A stretch of DNA of 64,000 nt from positions 62,001-126,000 of IMG/VR virus record IMGVR_UViG_3300031951_000003; one strand, given 5' to 3'. The first letter of the stretch is position 1. Each line of letters begins with the position of its first letter. A model generated the notes under the pieces. The model did not search any database and was not told the DNA's origin. It was given only the letters and a program-made list of their open reading frames with translations. The translations under genes and the position numbers were made by a program. Shown here in pieces: positions 1-9,873 of the stretch.

Positions 1-2685
1 TAATTCATACATGTAATTAGGGTCAAGTCCACGTTTTTCCCAATAAGATAGTTCATCCGATGTTATATCTAAAACATCTTCTTGAAGTTTATCTTGGTCT
101 CCATCTTCGAATGGCATACCGTTGATTAGTTCACATTGTTCTCCCGTAAAAATTCCCCTTTCTTCAGGATTCGTAACAAGTAGTTGGTCACGAACGTCTT
201 GTTTATAAACAACAAGTAAAGGTTCAATTCTTTTGTTGAAAGTTACAATTGCTCTTGGAACATTATATTCACCTGTCAGATTGGGGTTATTTTCTAATAT
301 GTTTGCATCCAACATGTAACAATTAATCTGAACACTGTCTCCCTTTTTTTGGACATCACCATGAGAGGCTTTGACACCATTATTAACATACATAATAACA
401 TCTCCCAAGTTTACACCTATCCCCGTTTGAAGTGCAAGTTCCATGTGTGCCATACGGGACATTGTATTCCCTGCTTTAGTCTTTTGGGTTAATCTTTTTT
501 TATAATCCTCGAGTGTTAACTTAACTTTCGCTCTTTGTGCAATCTTTGAAAGGGGAATTTGTTGGTTGAATATTTTTTGAAGATACTCATAATAATATTC
601 CACGAAGTCTTTACCCTTACCCTCCAAAAGTAATTTGATACCTTTATCCAAAAACTCCTCGATATACAATGGAAGTTTTTTTGATTTGATGGAATTGCCA
701 GTCAATTTAATCTTTCCTTTGGCGTCCATGACCGCATAATTTTTTCTGGCAAGATTAATACATGAAGGCCACACACCATCAGTATCGAGAGCCATCTCAC
801 CCCTCATGAATATGTCATTGTATTCTGCAACGTCCGCTTCAGGACCTTTATAAACTTTTCCCGCCTTTACCTTCCAATTCAACCCACGACCAACATAGTG
901 ATGACTTTCCACATCATCGGGACTGGAGAAGTTTACACCGTCTGTATCCATTACAAGTGGGACATAACCCTTAGACATAAAAAATTTAATCATTTGTCTC
1001 AGATATTGTCTACCTGTGCAAGTAATCTGTTCCCCCATATACATGTCACCCCAAGCAAAAACTTGTGGAGCAGACAAAGCACCAAACATGGAGTTGATGA
1101 ATATTTTGATGGGCAATTGTTTGTTTGAATATGATGCGGACTTTTGTGGGTCAGACTTTTCAAACTCTTCCGCAAGTTGTTTGTAACGAATACGTGTGTC
1201 ACGGAAATACTTCAACATTCCTTTCATCGCACCTGTCACATCACAATCAGGAAATACATCATGCACAAGCTGAATAGAGGGGTATAGAGAGGAGAAGTCG
1301 AGCTTTAATACATTCTTACTATAACCAACCTTAAGTAGTCGAGAAAGACCTCCTACGAAGTCTGTCTTCGATTGTTTGGCAGGGATTGCCAGTCCGTGTT
1401 TGTATGACCAAGCAAGCATCAGCATTTTCCAAAGAGTCGCAGTTCCCATGGTTGATACTCTTTCGTAAGTCGTAGGAATCATAGATGCAAGTAGAAATGA
1501 CGCTTGGTTAAATTCTTTATCCACAGCCAAGGTTTCTTCCAAGTCATCATCAAGATATCTCTCAACAAGATTGTCACCAGTAGTTTTGATATAAATGTCA
1601 TTTCTTTTTTCACATACCTCATCAATCTTTGGGTCCAAACCAACCTTCTTGTAATTACCGTTTTTAATATTTAACCAATATTCTTCCTTAGCGGCATAAA
1701 ATTTTCCAATGTCCGTGTGTTCGATATAAACACGGTCAGGAGCCTCTTTATTAATAAACTTTGTGATATACTTCAAACCAGCCGCCTTGATATTTGAATT
1801 GATGGCTTGAGCTCTTCGAACAGCATGAATTATATCGATTACATTATATCCCCAAATTGATGTTTGAAGAAAATCTTCGACTTCATTTGCTAATTTGAGA
1901 ATCGTATCTTTTCTTGTGTATGAGTGTTGGGGATGTAAGGATTTAATCGCCTTCCTCATATCTAAACCAAGTCTTTGACCTCTTTCGAATATCCAGTGCC
2001 AGTCGAAGTTTGCCGAATTATATCCACCTATGATTGATGGTTTGAGTTGGTCAATCACATTGAAGAACTCCTGTATAGCACCCTTCTCTTGTGATTCATC
2101 CAAACATTCAATTACTCTATGATATCCTTTATTGGTCTTAATTCCTATCATGAATATTCTACCATCTTTGGGGTCTAACGCATTTGTTTCCAAGTCAAAT
2201 ACAAGACGTGTCACATCATCATAATCAGTAAACCCCTTGAATAATCTTTTTTCTTTAGAGACCAAATATTGTTCTACAGGTGGAAGGATTAATATTTTAT
2301 CTTTCGTTTTTTCTCCCCATGGGTCGCATCCACCATCTCTAAAAAACTGAATCAGTTCTCTGTATCCCTTGAGCGATTTTACCATATAGGTCAAACCGTT
2401 TTCTAATCTTTCATTATCCTTTGTATCTAATTTTTGTATTACAATTCCATATTTTGTCATGGCTTCTTTTTGAGCCATTTTGGAATCGTTGTAGAAATTT
2501 ACACCACGTAAATCACCGACCCATGCGAATGGGATAAAAGTGTCTTTACGTATTTCCTTACCTTTACCAGGTATTTCTTTTACCTTGAAAATTGAATTGG
2601 AGACGTAGTCAAATTCTATTGCTACAATAAATTCTTCGGGGTCGTTTCCTAATAGGAAAGACTCAATTGCTTCGTGACTGAACAT
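1..2685 (-). CDS. polB: Family B DNA polymerase with 3'-5' exonuclease (3' end runs off the window)
   Basis: Translated by hand; absent from the ORF track because there is no stop in the window. ATG at 2685 (MFSHEAIESFLLGNDPEEF). Motifs: ExoI FDLET, ExoII GYNSANFDW, Pol A KLDFSSLYPS, Pol B KIFINSMFG, Pol C MDTDG. No intein-sized insertion seen. Confidence 0.95.
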   Translation of the reverse strand, partial: MFSHEAIESFLLGNDPEEFIVAIEFDYVSNSIFKVKEIPGKGKEIRKDTFIPFAWVGDLRGVNFYNDSKMAQKEAMTKYGIVIQKLDTKDNERLENGLTYMVKSLKGYRELIQFFRDGGCDPWGEKTKDKILILPPVEQYLVSKEKRLFKGFTDYDDVTRLVFDLETNALDPKDGRIFMIGIKTNKGYHRVIECLDESQEKGAIQEFFNVIDQLKPSIIGGYNSANFDWHWIFERGQRLGLDMRKAIKSLHPQHSYTRKDTILKLANEVEDFLQTSIWGYNVIDIIHAVRRAQAINSNIKAAGLKYITKFINKEAPDRVYIEHTDIGKFYAAKEEYWLNIKNGNYKKVGLDPKIDEVCEKRNDIYIKTTGDNLVERYLDDDLEETLAVDKEFNQASFLLASMIPTTYERVSTMGTATLWKMLMLAWSYKHGLAIPAKQSKTDFVGGLSRLLKVGYSKNVLKLDFSSLYPSIQLVHDVFPDCDVTGAMKGMLKYFRDTRIRYKQLAEEFEKSDPQKSASYSNKQLPIKIFINSMFGALSAPQVFAWGDMYMGEQITCTGRQYLRQMIKFFMSKGYVPLVMDTDGVNFSSPDDVESHHYVGRGLNWKVKAGKVYKGPEADVAEYNDIFMRGEMALDTDGVWPSCINLARKNYAVMDAKGKIKLTGNSIKSKKLPLYIEEFLDKGIKLLLEGKGKDFVEYYYEYLQKIFNQQIPLSKIAQRAKVKLTLEDYKKRLTQKTKAGNTMSRMAHMELALQTGIGVNLGDVIMYVNNGVKASHGDVQKKGDSVQINCYMLDANILENNPNLTGEYNVPRAIVTFNKRIEPLLVVYKQDVRDQLLVTNPEERGIFTGEQCELINGMPFEDGDQDKLQEDVLDITSDELSYWEKRGLDPNYMYEL

Positions 2686-2696
2686 ATGATTAAGAC

Positions 2697-2741
2697 GAGT
2701 GGTTTATTGGCTTTCACACTATCGTGAAATTCACCTTACTC
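2697..2741 (-). promoter_or_regulatory. Structured 5' leader hairpin 11 nt upstream of the polB start
   Basis: mRNA sense reads GAGU aa GGU gaa UUUCAC gauagu GUGAAA gccaauaa ACC ACUC, giving nested stems GAGU/ACUC, GGU/ACC and UUUCAC/GUGAAA. Confidence 0.5.
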
Positions 2742-2781
2742 ATTCAATAATAAATATAAAAAAAATTAAGTCTTAATCAAA

Positions 2782-3159
2782 TCAACAACACGCAGTTTCG
2801 GAAATGAAACTTGGTTGAATATTAATATAAAGTTGTTCTCTGATTGGAAGAATTAAATTTCCTTCATCATTTTTGATTAAGAATTGTCCTTCGTATCTTC
2901 CTGGCGTATCAGTATCTCTCGAAGTAAATTTGAAATAAATGTAGTATTCTGCAGGAGCACCAGGGTCCAAAATGAGATTAACTATTTCACATGGGGCTGA
3001 AACTATTTTTGGAATCCCAGTCTCATAATCTATCATAGTGAAATATATTGTGGAAACCTCCAACGCTTCCATAAACTGAATATACCCCGCTCTACCGTCT
3101 TTTACGACTTGCATTTTCAAAACTGGTAACGTAGCATTTTGTTTGATATAAAATTCCAT
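2782..3159 (-). CDS. Putative BppU-like baseplate/virion protein
   Basis: N-terminal FYIKQNATLPVL and C-terminal DTDTPGRYEGQF pattern resemble BppU N-terminal domains; TATTTATT upstream. Confidence 0.5.
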   Translation of the reverse strand: MEFYIKQNATLPVLKMQVVKDGRAGYIQFMEALEVSTIYFTMIDYETGIPKIVSAPCEIVNLILDPGAPAEYYIYFKFTSRDTDTPGRYEGQFLIKNDEGNLILPIREQLYINIQPSFISETACC

Positions 3160-3175
3160 AACAATAAATATATTG

Positions 3176-4849
3176 TTAGGACTCTTTACGTAACTCTCTG
3201 TTGTAATGTTCGAAACGGTCGTGTTCAGTTGGTGTCATTAGAAGTAAACCAGGATTTAATTTTTCTTCTTTTGTCAGTTGATACATATGACTCATCCACG
3301 TTTGTTCAAATGGATGTGCCCAAGTAACATCCAAAAACATTTTTTTGTTACCTGGTCTTGAAATAATTTGAGGCCAGTTACAATAATATATGTCGCCTGT
3401 CGCATATGGAACTTTTCTGTGTGAAAGAACTTTTTTGAACTCTGTCTTTGGCGCATTCGGGTCCAATCCTATTTGTGGTAATCTTGGATTTAAGGGCCAA
3501 TACTTTGACCTAACATCTTGAGGAACATTATACCAAGACCATTGAGTCCCGTTATCTCCGTAGAATTCAGAATAATTCAATTTTAAGAAATCAAAGTTTT
3601 CCTTTTGCATTATTTGCATCGAGATTGAAAATAGATTTGGTTCGTATCTTGAAAAACCGTTTTTACATTTCGAACCTTCATTCGGATAAAAAAACATGTC
3701 ATCTTCAAAAAACAAATAATAATCCAAATCTGTTTCTTCAAAATGTTCTGCAATCCACTGCCTTCCTCCACAAATACCCAAGTTATCTTTTTTGATATGT
3801 TCAAAATTATATTCATCACAAAGTTGTTTATACTCTTCTGTTGTTGACAAATCACTTGAGTTATCAAGTAAGAATTTTTTTGTTTTAAGTATGAATTCTT
3901 TATCATACATTAACATTGAATTAATCAACGTTTTGAATTGGTTTGGACTATTGAAAGTTATAACATATAGACCAACTTTGTTAATATCCAAATTTGAAAC
4001 TTGTCTATGAACTGATTCTGTTTTTACTTTCAAATCATCGTTCTTCAAATCCTCAAAAAATTTACCTAACAAACCATTTGATTCTATTTCAAAATAATTT
4101 ATTAACTCGGAGTGTCTATAACACATTATGCTGAATAAAGATTCTTCAGTTCCCATATATCCCGAATCCAAGGTTTCTTTCATCAGAGAATAATATATTG
4201 AATTGATTTCTGATATTGAGTGTTTTGGTCCACCGAAGAACCCACCTCTAGCAACCCTCTCAACTTTAGCACCTGCCATAGAGTTCATCTTATCGAAATT
4301 GAACCCGTGGACTTCTGTATTAGCTTCATAAGGAAAACAAACGAAACTGAATTTGGAGATATATTTTACTAATTTATCCAAAACCTTGTCGTGTGTAAAG
4401 TAACCAGGATGCACAGTATTTGTCAACCCACCGTCAATCCAAAACAGATATTCTGAATCAAACCTATCCATTATTTTTGCATCATTCAAAAGATAAACTT
4501 TTGACATAACCAACGGGTTATAGTTTTCCAATCTCGATTGAGTTGAATCTTTTAACCAACCAACTTGATTATACCACTCAGGGTTATTTCTTATGTTTTG
4601 GATTTTATCAAAAAATTCATTATTCCTGAACCAAGACATGTCTCTTACAATAAATTGTGTATTTGACTTATCCCTTTTTGAAAAAACAAATTCCTCTAAA
4701 CTTTTATCACCATAGATAATCATATTGGTATTGACATCCAATAGTTTTTCAAATTTATCCAAATAATGTTGAAAAGGTCTTGACCAACCTTCACTTAAAT
4801 CACCTCTTCCGATGTCCCAAATTCCTGTTACAAGTGTTATATTACTCAT
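3176..4849 (-). CDS. Two-domain glycosyltransferase (WlaTC/HtrL-like N-terminal domain plus GT-A-like C-terminal domain)
   Basis: TLVTGIWDIGR...FWIDGG typical of the HtrL family; second half VGLYVITFNSP...YYLFFEDD carries a DxD-like motif. Confidence 0.7.
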   Translation of the reverse strand: MSNITLVTGIWDIGRGDLSEGWSRPFQHYLDKFEKLLDVNTNMIIYGDKSLEEFVFSKRDKSNTQFIVRDMSWFRNNEFFDKIQNIRNNPEWYNQVGWLKDSTQSRLENYNPLVMSKVYLLNDAKIMDRFDSEYLFWIDGGLTNTVHPGYFTHDKVLDKLVKYISKFSFVCFPYEANTEVHGFNFDKMNSMAGAKVERVARGGFFGGPKHSISEINSIYYSLMKETLDSGYMGTEESLFSIMCYRHSELINYFEIESNGLLGKFFEDLKNDDLKVKTESVHRQVSNLDINKVGLYVITFNSPNQFKTLINSMLMYDKEFILKTKKFLLDNSSDLSTTEEYKQLCDEYNFEHIKKDNLGICGGRQWIAEHFEETDLDYYLFFEDDMFFYPNEGSKCKNGFSRYEPNLFSISMQIMQKENFDFLKLNYSEFYGDNGTQWSWYNVPQDVRSKYWPLNPRLPQIGLDPNAPKTEFKKVLSHRKVPYATGDIYYCNWPQIISRPGNKKMFLDVTWAHPFEQTWMSHMYQLTKEEKLNPGLLLMTPTEHDRFEHYNRELRKES

Positions 4850-5726
4850 AAATTCTTTTAAATTCTTCTAATATTTTATAGAAACTTTTATTTTTCTGAA
4901 ATAACTCATCTGTTACACCTTGAGGTGCATTATCCCTGCACCACCAAATATCAAAATGTTTTCTCTCAAATAACTCAATATGATTGAAATACATAAGAGT
5001 CATTATTTGTTCTTCATGAGGTAAACCCTCATCGTTAGATAAAACTTCTTGGACATAGTTTTCGAATATATTGACTATATTATCCCACTTGTCCCTGTGA
5101 CCACCAAACAATCCTCCTATGATATGAATACTTCTATCATAATTTTTATACCATCTTGGACTTACAGTTCCTGACCAATAGTTTCTTTCATTTTCTTTTC
5201 CTAAAATTAAAAATTTGTCTTTAGTGTCTTCTATCAAATTTTTCAAAAAATCATTATCAAACAAATTGCTTTCATAAAATCTTCTTAAGGCATGTTTTGT
5301 TTCAGTCAAATACTTGAGAGGTATTAAACCACAATGGGATAATCCCGCGTCTATCCAATAATAGTTATCGTAGGATTTATCCTCATTCCACCACCATGAA
5401 AATTTAGAATATTGTATTTCGATACATCTATCCCCTCTTTTAATCTCATCGACATTTTTTCTCGAATCAATTAAATGTTTAAACTTGGAATTTGAAATAT
5501 CGTATGTTGTAAATTTCAACTTGGATTCTGGTATATTGTTTTCTTCATAGAAAAATTTCTTTAGGGAATCTATTTCTCTATCCGAGGTATAACATAAAAA
5601 ATCCGCATCGGTCATCTTCAATAATGACAATAAACTATATCTATAGTGGGCACCTCTGTTAGGTCTACCACCAAATTCAGTTCCATAAAGGTCACTATAA
5701 ATTGCGGTTATAAACTTAGTTGACAT
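4842..5726 (-). CDS. WlaTC/HtrL-like glycosyltransferase
   Basis: KFITAIYSDL...YYWIDAGL...IIGGLFGG...HEEQIMT parallels the N-terminal domain of the adjacent 557-aa protein. Confidence 0.65.
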   Translation of the reverse strand: MSTKFITAIYSDLYGTEFGGRPNRGAHYRYSLLSLLKMTDADFLCYTSDREIDSLKKFFYEENNIPESKLKFTTYDISNSKFKHLIDSRKNVDEIKRGDRCIEIQYSKFSWWWNEDKSYDNYYWIDAGLSHCGLIPLKYLTETKHALRRFYESNLFDNDFLKNLIEDTKDKFLILGKENERNYWSGTVSPRWYKNYDRSIHIIGGLFGGHRDKWDNIVNIFENYVQEVLSNDEGLPHEEQIMTLMYFNHIELFERKHFDIWWCRDNAPQGVTDELFQKNKSFYKILEEFKRIYE

Positions 5727-6459
5727 TATAAGGTAAATATTTTTTTTCTGTTTTCATTTTTTTATTTTCTGATTCATTCAAAAATCTGTGATTAATCTTG
5801 ATTGGTGAATAGACATTCCAATTGTATGTTTGGGCGTAGAAATTGTTATACATTCCCTGCGACACATCAGAATAAGAATTTTTCTGAGGGGCAATTGGTA
5901 AGATTGGTGCATATGATTGAATTGAAGGATACACATGTTTTACCAATTGTTCATCAATAGGAATGATAAAATCACCACTATAAAAACACTTATCTTTAAT
6001 TTTTTCTATTTTTTCGAAAGATGATTCATCGTATATCAGAATATTTGTTGCGAAAGTTTCGGTCAATCTTTCATGTGGTTTTGGAGGTAAGTTTGTCAAA
6101 TCCAAAAGCATACTGTATTTTTCACTGACGTTCATTGGACGATTGAGTGTTGGAGAAAGATTCAATACACCAAAATCAATTCCATTTATATTTCTCTCCA
6201 AATCCTCAATGAAATTTTTTGCATAAGGCATAAATACACAATCATCTTCTATCACCATTACTCTCTTGTAACCTCTTTCTTTAGCCATTTCAATTATTGA
6301 CAAATGAGAAAGAGCACAACCCATATAATCGTTACGTGGAACAGCCTTAAACAAATCGTAATCCCAACCGATGTAATTCATCTCGAACTTTATATCTTCA
6401 AGTCTGTCAGGTCTACTTTCCAAATTTATAACAAATTTTGGTATGTCTTTGAAAATCAT
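5716..6459 (-). CDS. Glycosyltransferase family 25
   Basis: FVINLESRPDR, GCALSH...AKERGYKRVMVIEDD signature. Confidence 0.85.
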   Translation of the reverse strand: MIFKDIPKFVINLESRPDRLEDIKFEMNYIGWDYDLFKAVPRNDYMGCALSHLSIIEMAKERGYKRVMVIEDDCVFMPYAKNFIEDLERNINGIDFGVLNLSPTLNRPMNVSEKYSMLLDLTNLPPKPHERLTETFATNILIYDESSFEKIEKIKDKCFYSGDFIIPIDEQLVKHVYPSIQSYAPILPIAPQKNSYSDVSQGMYNNFYAQTYNWNVYSPIKINHRFLNESENKKMKTEKKYLPYNVN

Positions 6460-7733
6460 TAGCTTACAACATTATGATTTAATTGTCCAGTGATTCTATC
6501 ACACCATCCTTTTGATACCGAGTGAGGCCAAACAACCCAATATGTGGGAGTAACGTCCGTTTGAAATTCTCTCCAAATCTTACAATATTTGTCAGGGTCT
6601 CTCATATAACCAGCAATTTCATTTTTGTCGGAGTCCTTTCTGAATAAAGTTTCGTCGTTAGGTCCGTGGAAAGCCACAACCCAAAAATCATAATCCGTTT
6701 CAGGAACCTGTGAGTATCCAATATCTATACAATGTTTGAATACCTTAGCAAAATCATTTTTCCAATCTTCCTCTGATGAATAGTTATATGGGTTTGGAGG
6801 ATAATTCTTATCGAGTGTATATTTTTGAACAGCTCTCTTTTCAAATAAAATACCAGCATACTTCTCATATTCTCTTAAAGTTCTCACAGGACCAAAACCA
6901 TAAGGTCCATCATGACCCTCTTGGGTTTCACCATCCATACCAAAAAGTTTTCTGTTGGTCAAATGGGATACTTTGTTTTTCTCACCCCAAGTTTTGTCAT
7001 CATCCCATTGTTTTGTCCTACCCTTACGTGTGTATTCATGATAGACAACAGGAATGTGAGGGTGAAATAAATCATAACCCCATGTGTAAGCTCTAGCTGC
7101 AATTGAGATTTCTTCTCCGTGGAAGTAATATTCAGGATTGTGTTGGACTTCTAGAGAAAACTGACCCAAAGTAAAACAAAAATGTGCAGAATAAAATCTC
7201 GCTGTTACGGGTTTTGTCATCTCTCTCCAACCAGGAATTGTTTCAGGGAGAAAAAACACAGCACCCTCAGGAATGAATCTATCAAATGCCATTCTCCAAG
7301 CATCTTGTGCCCTTCCCGCTGGGTCATTTTCAGGGTCAAAGGAGGGCACATAACCCGTAAGTAGAGGTTTTTCATACCCATCCTTTTGTAGACCCTTAAT
7401 CATTTTTATTAATATTTCATCCCAATCCTTTACAAATCTCATGTGGGAATCAATTTGCATTGTGTATCCTTCACCATCGTAAAGTTGTTGGGTTAAGTTT
7501 CTTGCCCAACAAACGCCTCTAGATTCTTGATAAGGTATATCTAAAATCTTGAATCTTTTATCTTCTCTAAACTCATCTAAGTTGTCAAATCCATCTGTTT
7601 CACTAAATTGTCTTGCGATTGAGAAAACCAAGTTCTTTGGTTTTTTAGCGTTTGCAATCATATCTTTGAGTGTTGGAACTAACTGTGGGTCCCTGTATGA
7701 TGCGATTTGAATAAAAATTTTACTGTTAGACAT
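6459..7733 (-). CDS. GT60-like polypeptide/hydroxyproline alpha-N-acetylglucosaminyltransferase (GlcNAc family)
   Basis: IFIQIASYRDP, SRGVCWARNL, YTMQIDSHMRF..DWD and FHGEEISIAARAYTWGYDLFHP match the Skp1 Gnt1 / GT60 pattern. Confidence 0.8.
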   Translation of the reverse strand: MSNSKIFIQIASYRDPQLVPTLKDMIANAKKPKNLVFSIARQFSETDGFDNLDEFREDKRFKILDIPYQESRGVCWARNLTQQLYDGEGYTMQIDSHMRFVKDWDEILIKMIKGLQKDGYEKPLLTGYVPSFDPENDPAGRAQDAWRMAFDRFIPEGAVFFLPETIPGWREMTKPVTARFYSAHFCFTLGQFSLEVQHNPEYYFHGEEISIAARAYTWGYDLFHPHIPVVYHEYTRKGRTKQWDDDKTWGEKNKVSHLTNRKLFGMDGETQEGHDGPYGFGPVRTLREYEKYAGILFEKRAVQKYTLDKNYPPNPYNYSSEEDWKNDFAKVFKHCIDIGYSQVPETDYDFWVVAFHGPNDETLFRKDSDKNEIAGYMRDPDKYCKIWREFQTDVTPTYWVVWPHSVSKGWCDRITGQLNHNVVS

Positions 7734-7754
7734 ATTATCTTTTTGTCTAAAAAT

Positions 7755-7784
7755 AAAAAACCCTCCACGAAAGTAGAGGGTTTT
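7755..7784 (-). terminator. Rho-independent terminator after the 672-aa Thr-Pro protein
   Basis: Minus strand AAAACCCTCTAC-TTTC-GTGGAGGGTTTTTT. Confidence 0.75.
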
Positions 7785-7803
7785 ATCTTTATTATTTTTA
7801 AAT

Positions 7804-9822
7804 TTAATCTGTAAGTGTGATTTTTGCTACATCTGTATCTTGTAAAGGAACTCCACCACTAGTTAATCCAATCATTGATGGTGGGATTGTTGACCCTGAA
7901 TATAAGAACGACCCATTAAGTTCAACTATAAAATTAACAGGAGTTCCTGTTATAGAAGCTCTTGGATTACCGAATGTTAGACCGTGTAGTGCTGTAAAAG
8001 TTTGACCTGATGTTACAGGTAAAGCTCCTGATAGATTGGTAAGTGTTATACTTCCACCATCATCAACAAAATCTATAATTTCCGCTCCACCTGTTGATTC
8101 GTTAACCGCTATGATTTCGGGACAAATAAGAGTTCCTGTTATTTCACCGTTAGTTAATTCCCATCCGCCACCGCCAAGTAAGTTAAGCCATCCTGATGGA
8201 TAAATATCTGAGAAAGATGCCCCACTAAATATGATATCATTCGGATATGACGGTTGATTATAGTAATAAGAAGTTGTCGAAGTTCCTCCTGAACAAGCGT
8301 CCAATCCAGACACTGTTGAAAATTTAGTTGCACCAATTAATGCGAAAGTTCCTGGTGTTTCAGTAGGTGTTGGTGTGTATGTTGCAGTTTGAGATGGTGT
8401 TTGAGTTGGAGTTTCTGTGTTGGTTGGTGTTTGAGTTGGAGTTTCTGTGTTGGTTGGTGTTTGAGTTGTTGTTGGTGTTGGTGATGATATTGGTGTAGAT
8501 GTTGAAGTCACTGTAGGTGTCGGTGTCGGTAAGTTCGAACATCCGTTAGGGTCGGAACTTGTAATCAATCCTGCTCCACCGCTAACAATAAACCAAGCAA
8601 TCCCATTAGAATAATAACCATCAATAACAGGAACTGTCAGAGCTGTATTTTGATAAAGTGACTCACCAACGTTTGGACCTACTCCACCCGCTACAGTTCC
8701 GTAGACAGGATTAGTTGAACCCAAACAAGCTTCATTCGGAGTTGAACCTGAACCTAAATTATATGTATAGTATCCAAATGTTGCTGTTGGTGTTGTAGTT
8801 GGAGTCGGTGTTGGTGTTTCAGTTGGAGATGCGGTTACAGTTGCTGTTGGTGTTGGAACAACCAAACAAGAACTGAATGCACCCACTTGAGCACCATTCG
8901 AATCTATTTCTGTTACAATATTTGAACTGTTATAAAAACCTGCCAACATTGTTGACGGACCAAAACTTTCAGGATAGAATTGTGTGCAGTTATCGAAAAG
9001 AACCGCATTACCCCAAATATTTCCAACTATTCCTGAAGAACATGCTTCATTCTCAGTTGAACCTGAACCTACTGAAAACTCAAATCTTACTGGTGTCGGT
9101 GTAGGTGTTGGAGTTTGAGTTGGTGTTTCTGTGTTAGTTGGAGTTGGTGTAGGTGTTTGACTTGAAGTAGGAGTTGGTGTTGGACCACAATTTCCATCAA
9201 CTGTAATTGTAGCTCCCGTAATACAACCTGGTCCACAACCAGAAGCAACTATGTAAATAATACCATCTTCAGTATAATAACCTTCCGGATTACCTGTATT
9301 TGGACCTGTAGCATCTGACCAAACTAATGTTGAATCCGCCAAACTTGTTCCATTTACAAATATGTTTGCTGTTTGAACACAATCACAAGTTAGTAATATA
9401 TCCGTCTCATCGTGACATCTCACAATAGCAGTTCTCTCAACGTTTGTAGGTGTTGGAGTTTGCGTTGGAGTTTCCGTGTTAGTCGGAGTCTGTGTGAACG
9501 TTGGAGTATTTGTCGGTGTTTCTGACGCAGTTGGTGTCTGAGTATTGGTTGGTGTTGTTGTAGGCGTTGCAGTGTTCGAAGGTGTTTGAGTCGGACTAGA
9601 TGTCGGAGTAGGTGTGGGTCCAGTTGGTGGGAACGCACCCATATTTTGGAGAACGATTGTTGTATTCGCCGTGGAATATGTTCCATCTATCAACCAAATG
9701 TTTTTTACCTGATTTGGTTCTAATTCTACTTGGTAATCCCACATTGAATCTTCGCATCTTCTATAGTTGAAAGTTGCTATTGTGGAACCTGTGTTTGTTA
9801 AAATATATTTACTACAAGCCAT
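7804..9822 (-). CDS. Mucin-like Thr/Pro-repeat putative virion protein (672 aa)
   Basis: Several TPTPT/TETPT tracts separate Cys-bracketed globular modules; no signal peptide; TATTTATA at 9836-9843 (minus strand). Confidence 0.75.
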   Translation of the reverse strand: MACSKYILTNTGSTIATFNYRRCEDSMWDYQVELEPNQVKNIWLIDGTYSTANTTIVLQNMGAFPPTGPTPTPTSSPTQTPSNTATPTTTPTNTQTPTASETPTNTPTFTQTPTNTETPTQTPTPTNVERTAIVRCHDETDILLTCDCVQTANIFVNGTSLADSTLVWSDATGPNTGNPEGYYTEDGIIYIVASGCGPGCITGATITVDGNCGPTPTPTSSQTPTPTPTNTETPTQTPTPTPTPVRFEFSVGSGSTENEACSSGIVGNIWGNAVLFDNCTQFYPESFGPSTMLAGFYNSSNIVTEIDSNGAQVGAFSSCLVVPTPTATVTASPTETPTPTPTTTPTATFGYYTYNLGSGSTPNEACLGSTNPVYGTVAGGVGPNVGESLYQNTALTVPVIDGYYSNGIAWFIVSGGAGLITSSDPNGCSNLPTPTPTVTSTSTPISSPTPTTTQTPTNTETPTQTPTNTETPTQTPSQTATYTPTPTETPGTFALIGATKFSTVSGLDACSGGTSTTSYYYNQPSYPNDIIFSGASFSDIYPSGWLNLLGGGGWELTNGEITGTLICPEIIAVNESTGGAEIIDFVDDGGSITLTNLSGALPVTSGQTFTALHGLTFGNPRASITGTPVNFIVELNGSFLYSGSTIPPSMIGLTSGGVPLQDTDVAKITLTD
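8401..8460. repeat. Perfect 30-bp tandem repeat x2 encoding [10 protein letters not shown]
   Basis: ttgagttggagtttctgtgttggttggtgt repeated twice. Confidence 0.9.
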
Positions 9823-9873
9823 TTTACTTTTTTTATATAAATACTGAGAACTCGCTCAATTTTATTTTCTTTT

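Noticed and set aside
898-1202. Short ORFs 898-1128 and 999-1202 in the supplied track
   Set aside because: They lie within the polB frame, which the track missed because its stop is outside the window.
9836-9843. Reading plus-strand TATAAATA hits as canonical T4 late promoters
   Set aside because: They sit upstream of minus-strand genes, so the sense-strand sequence is TATTTATA; plus-strand genes show TATTTATA directly.
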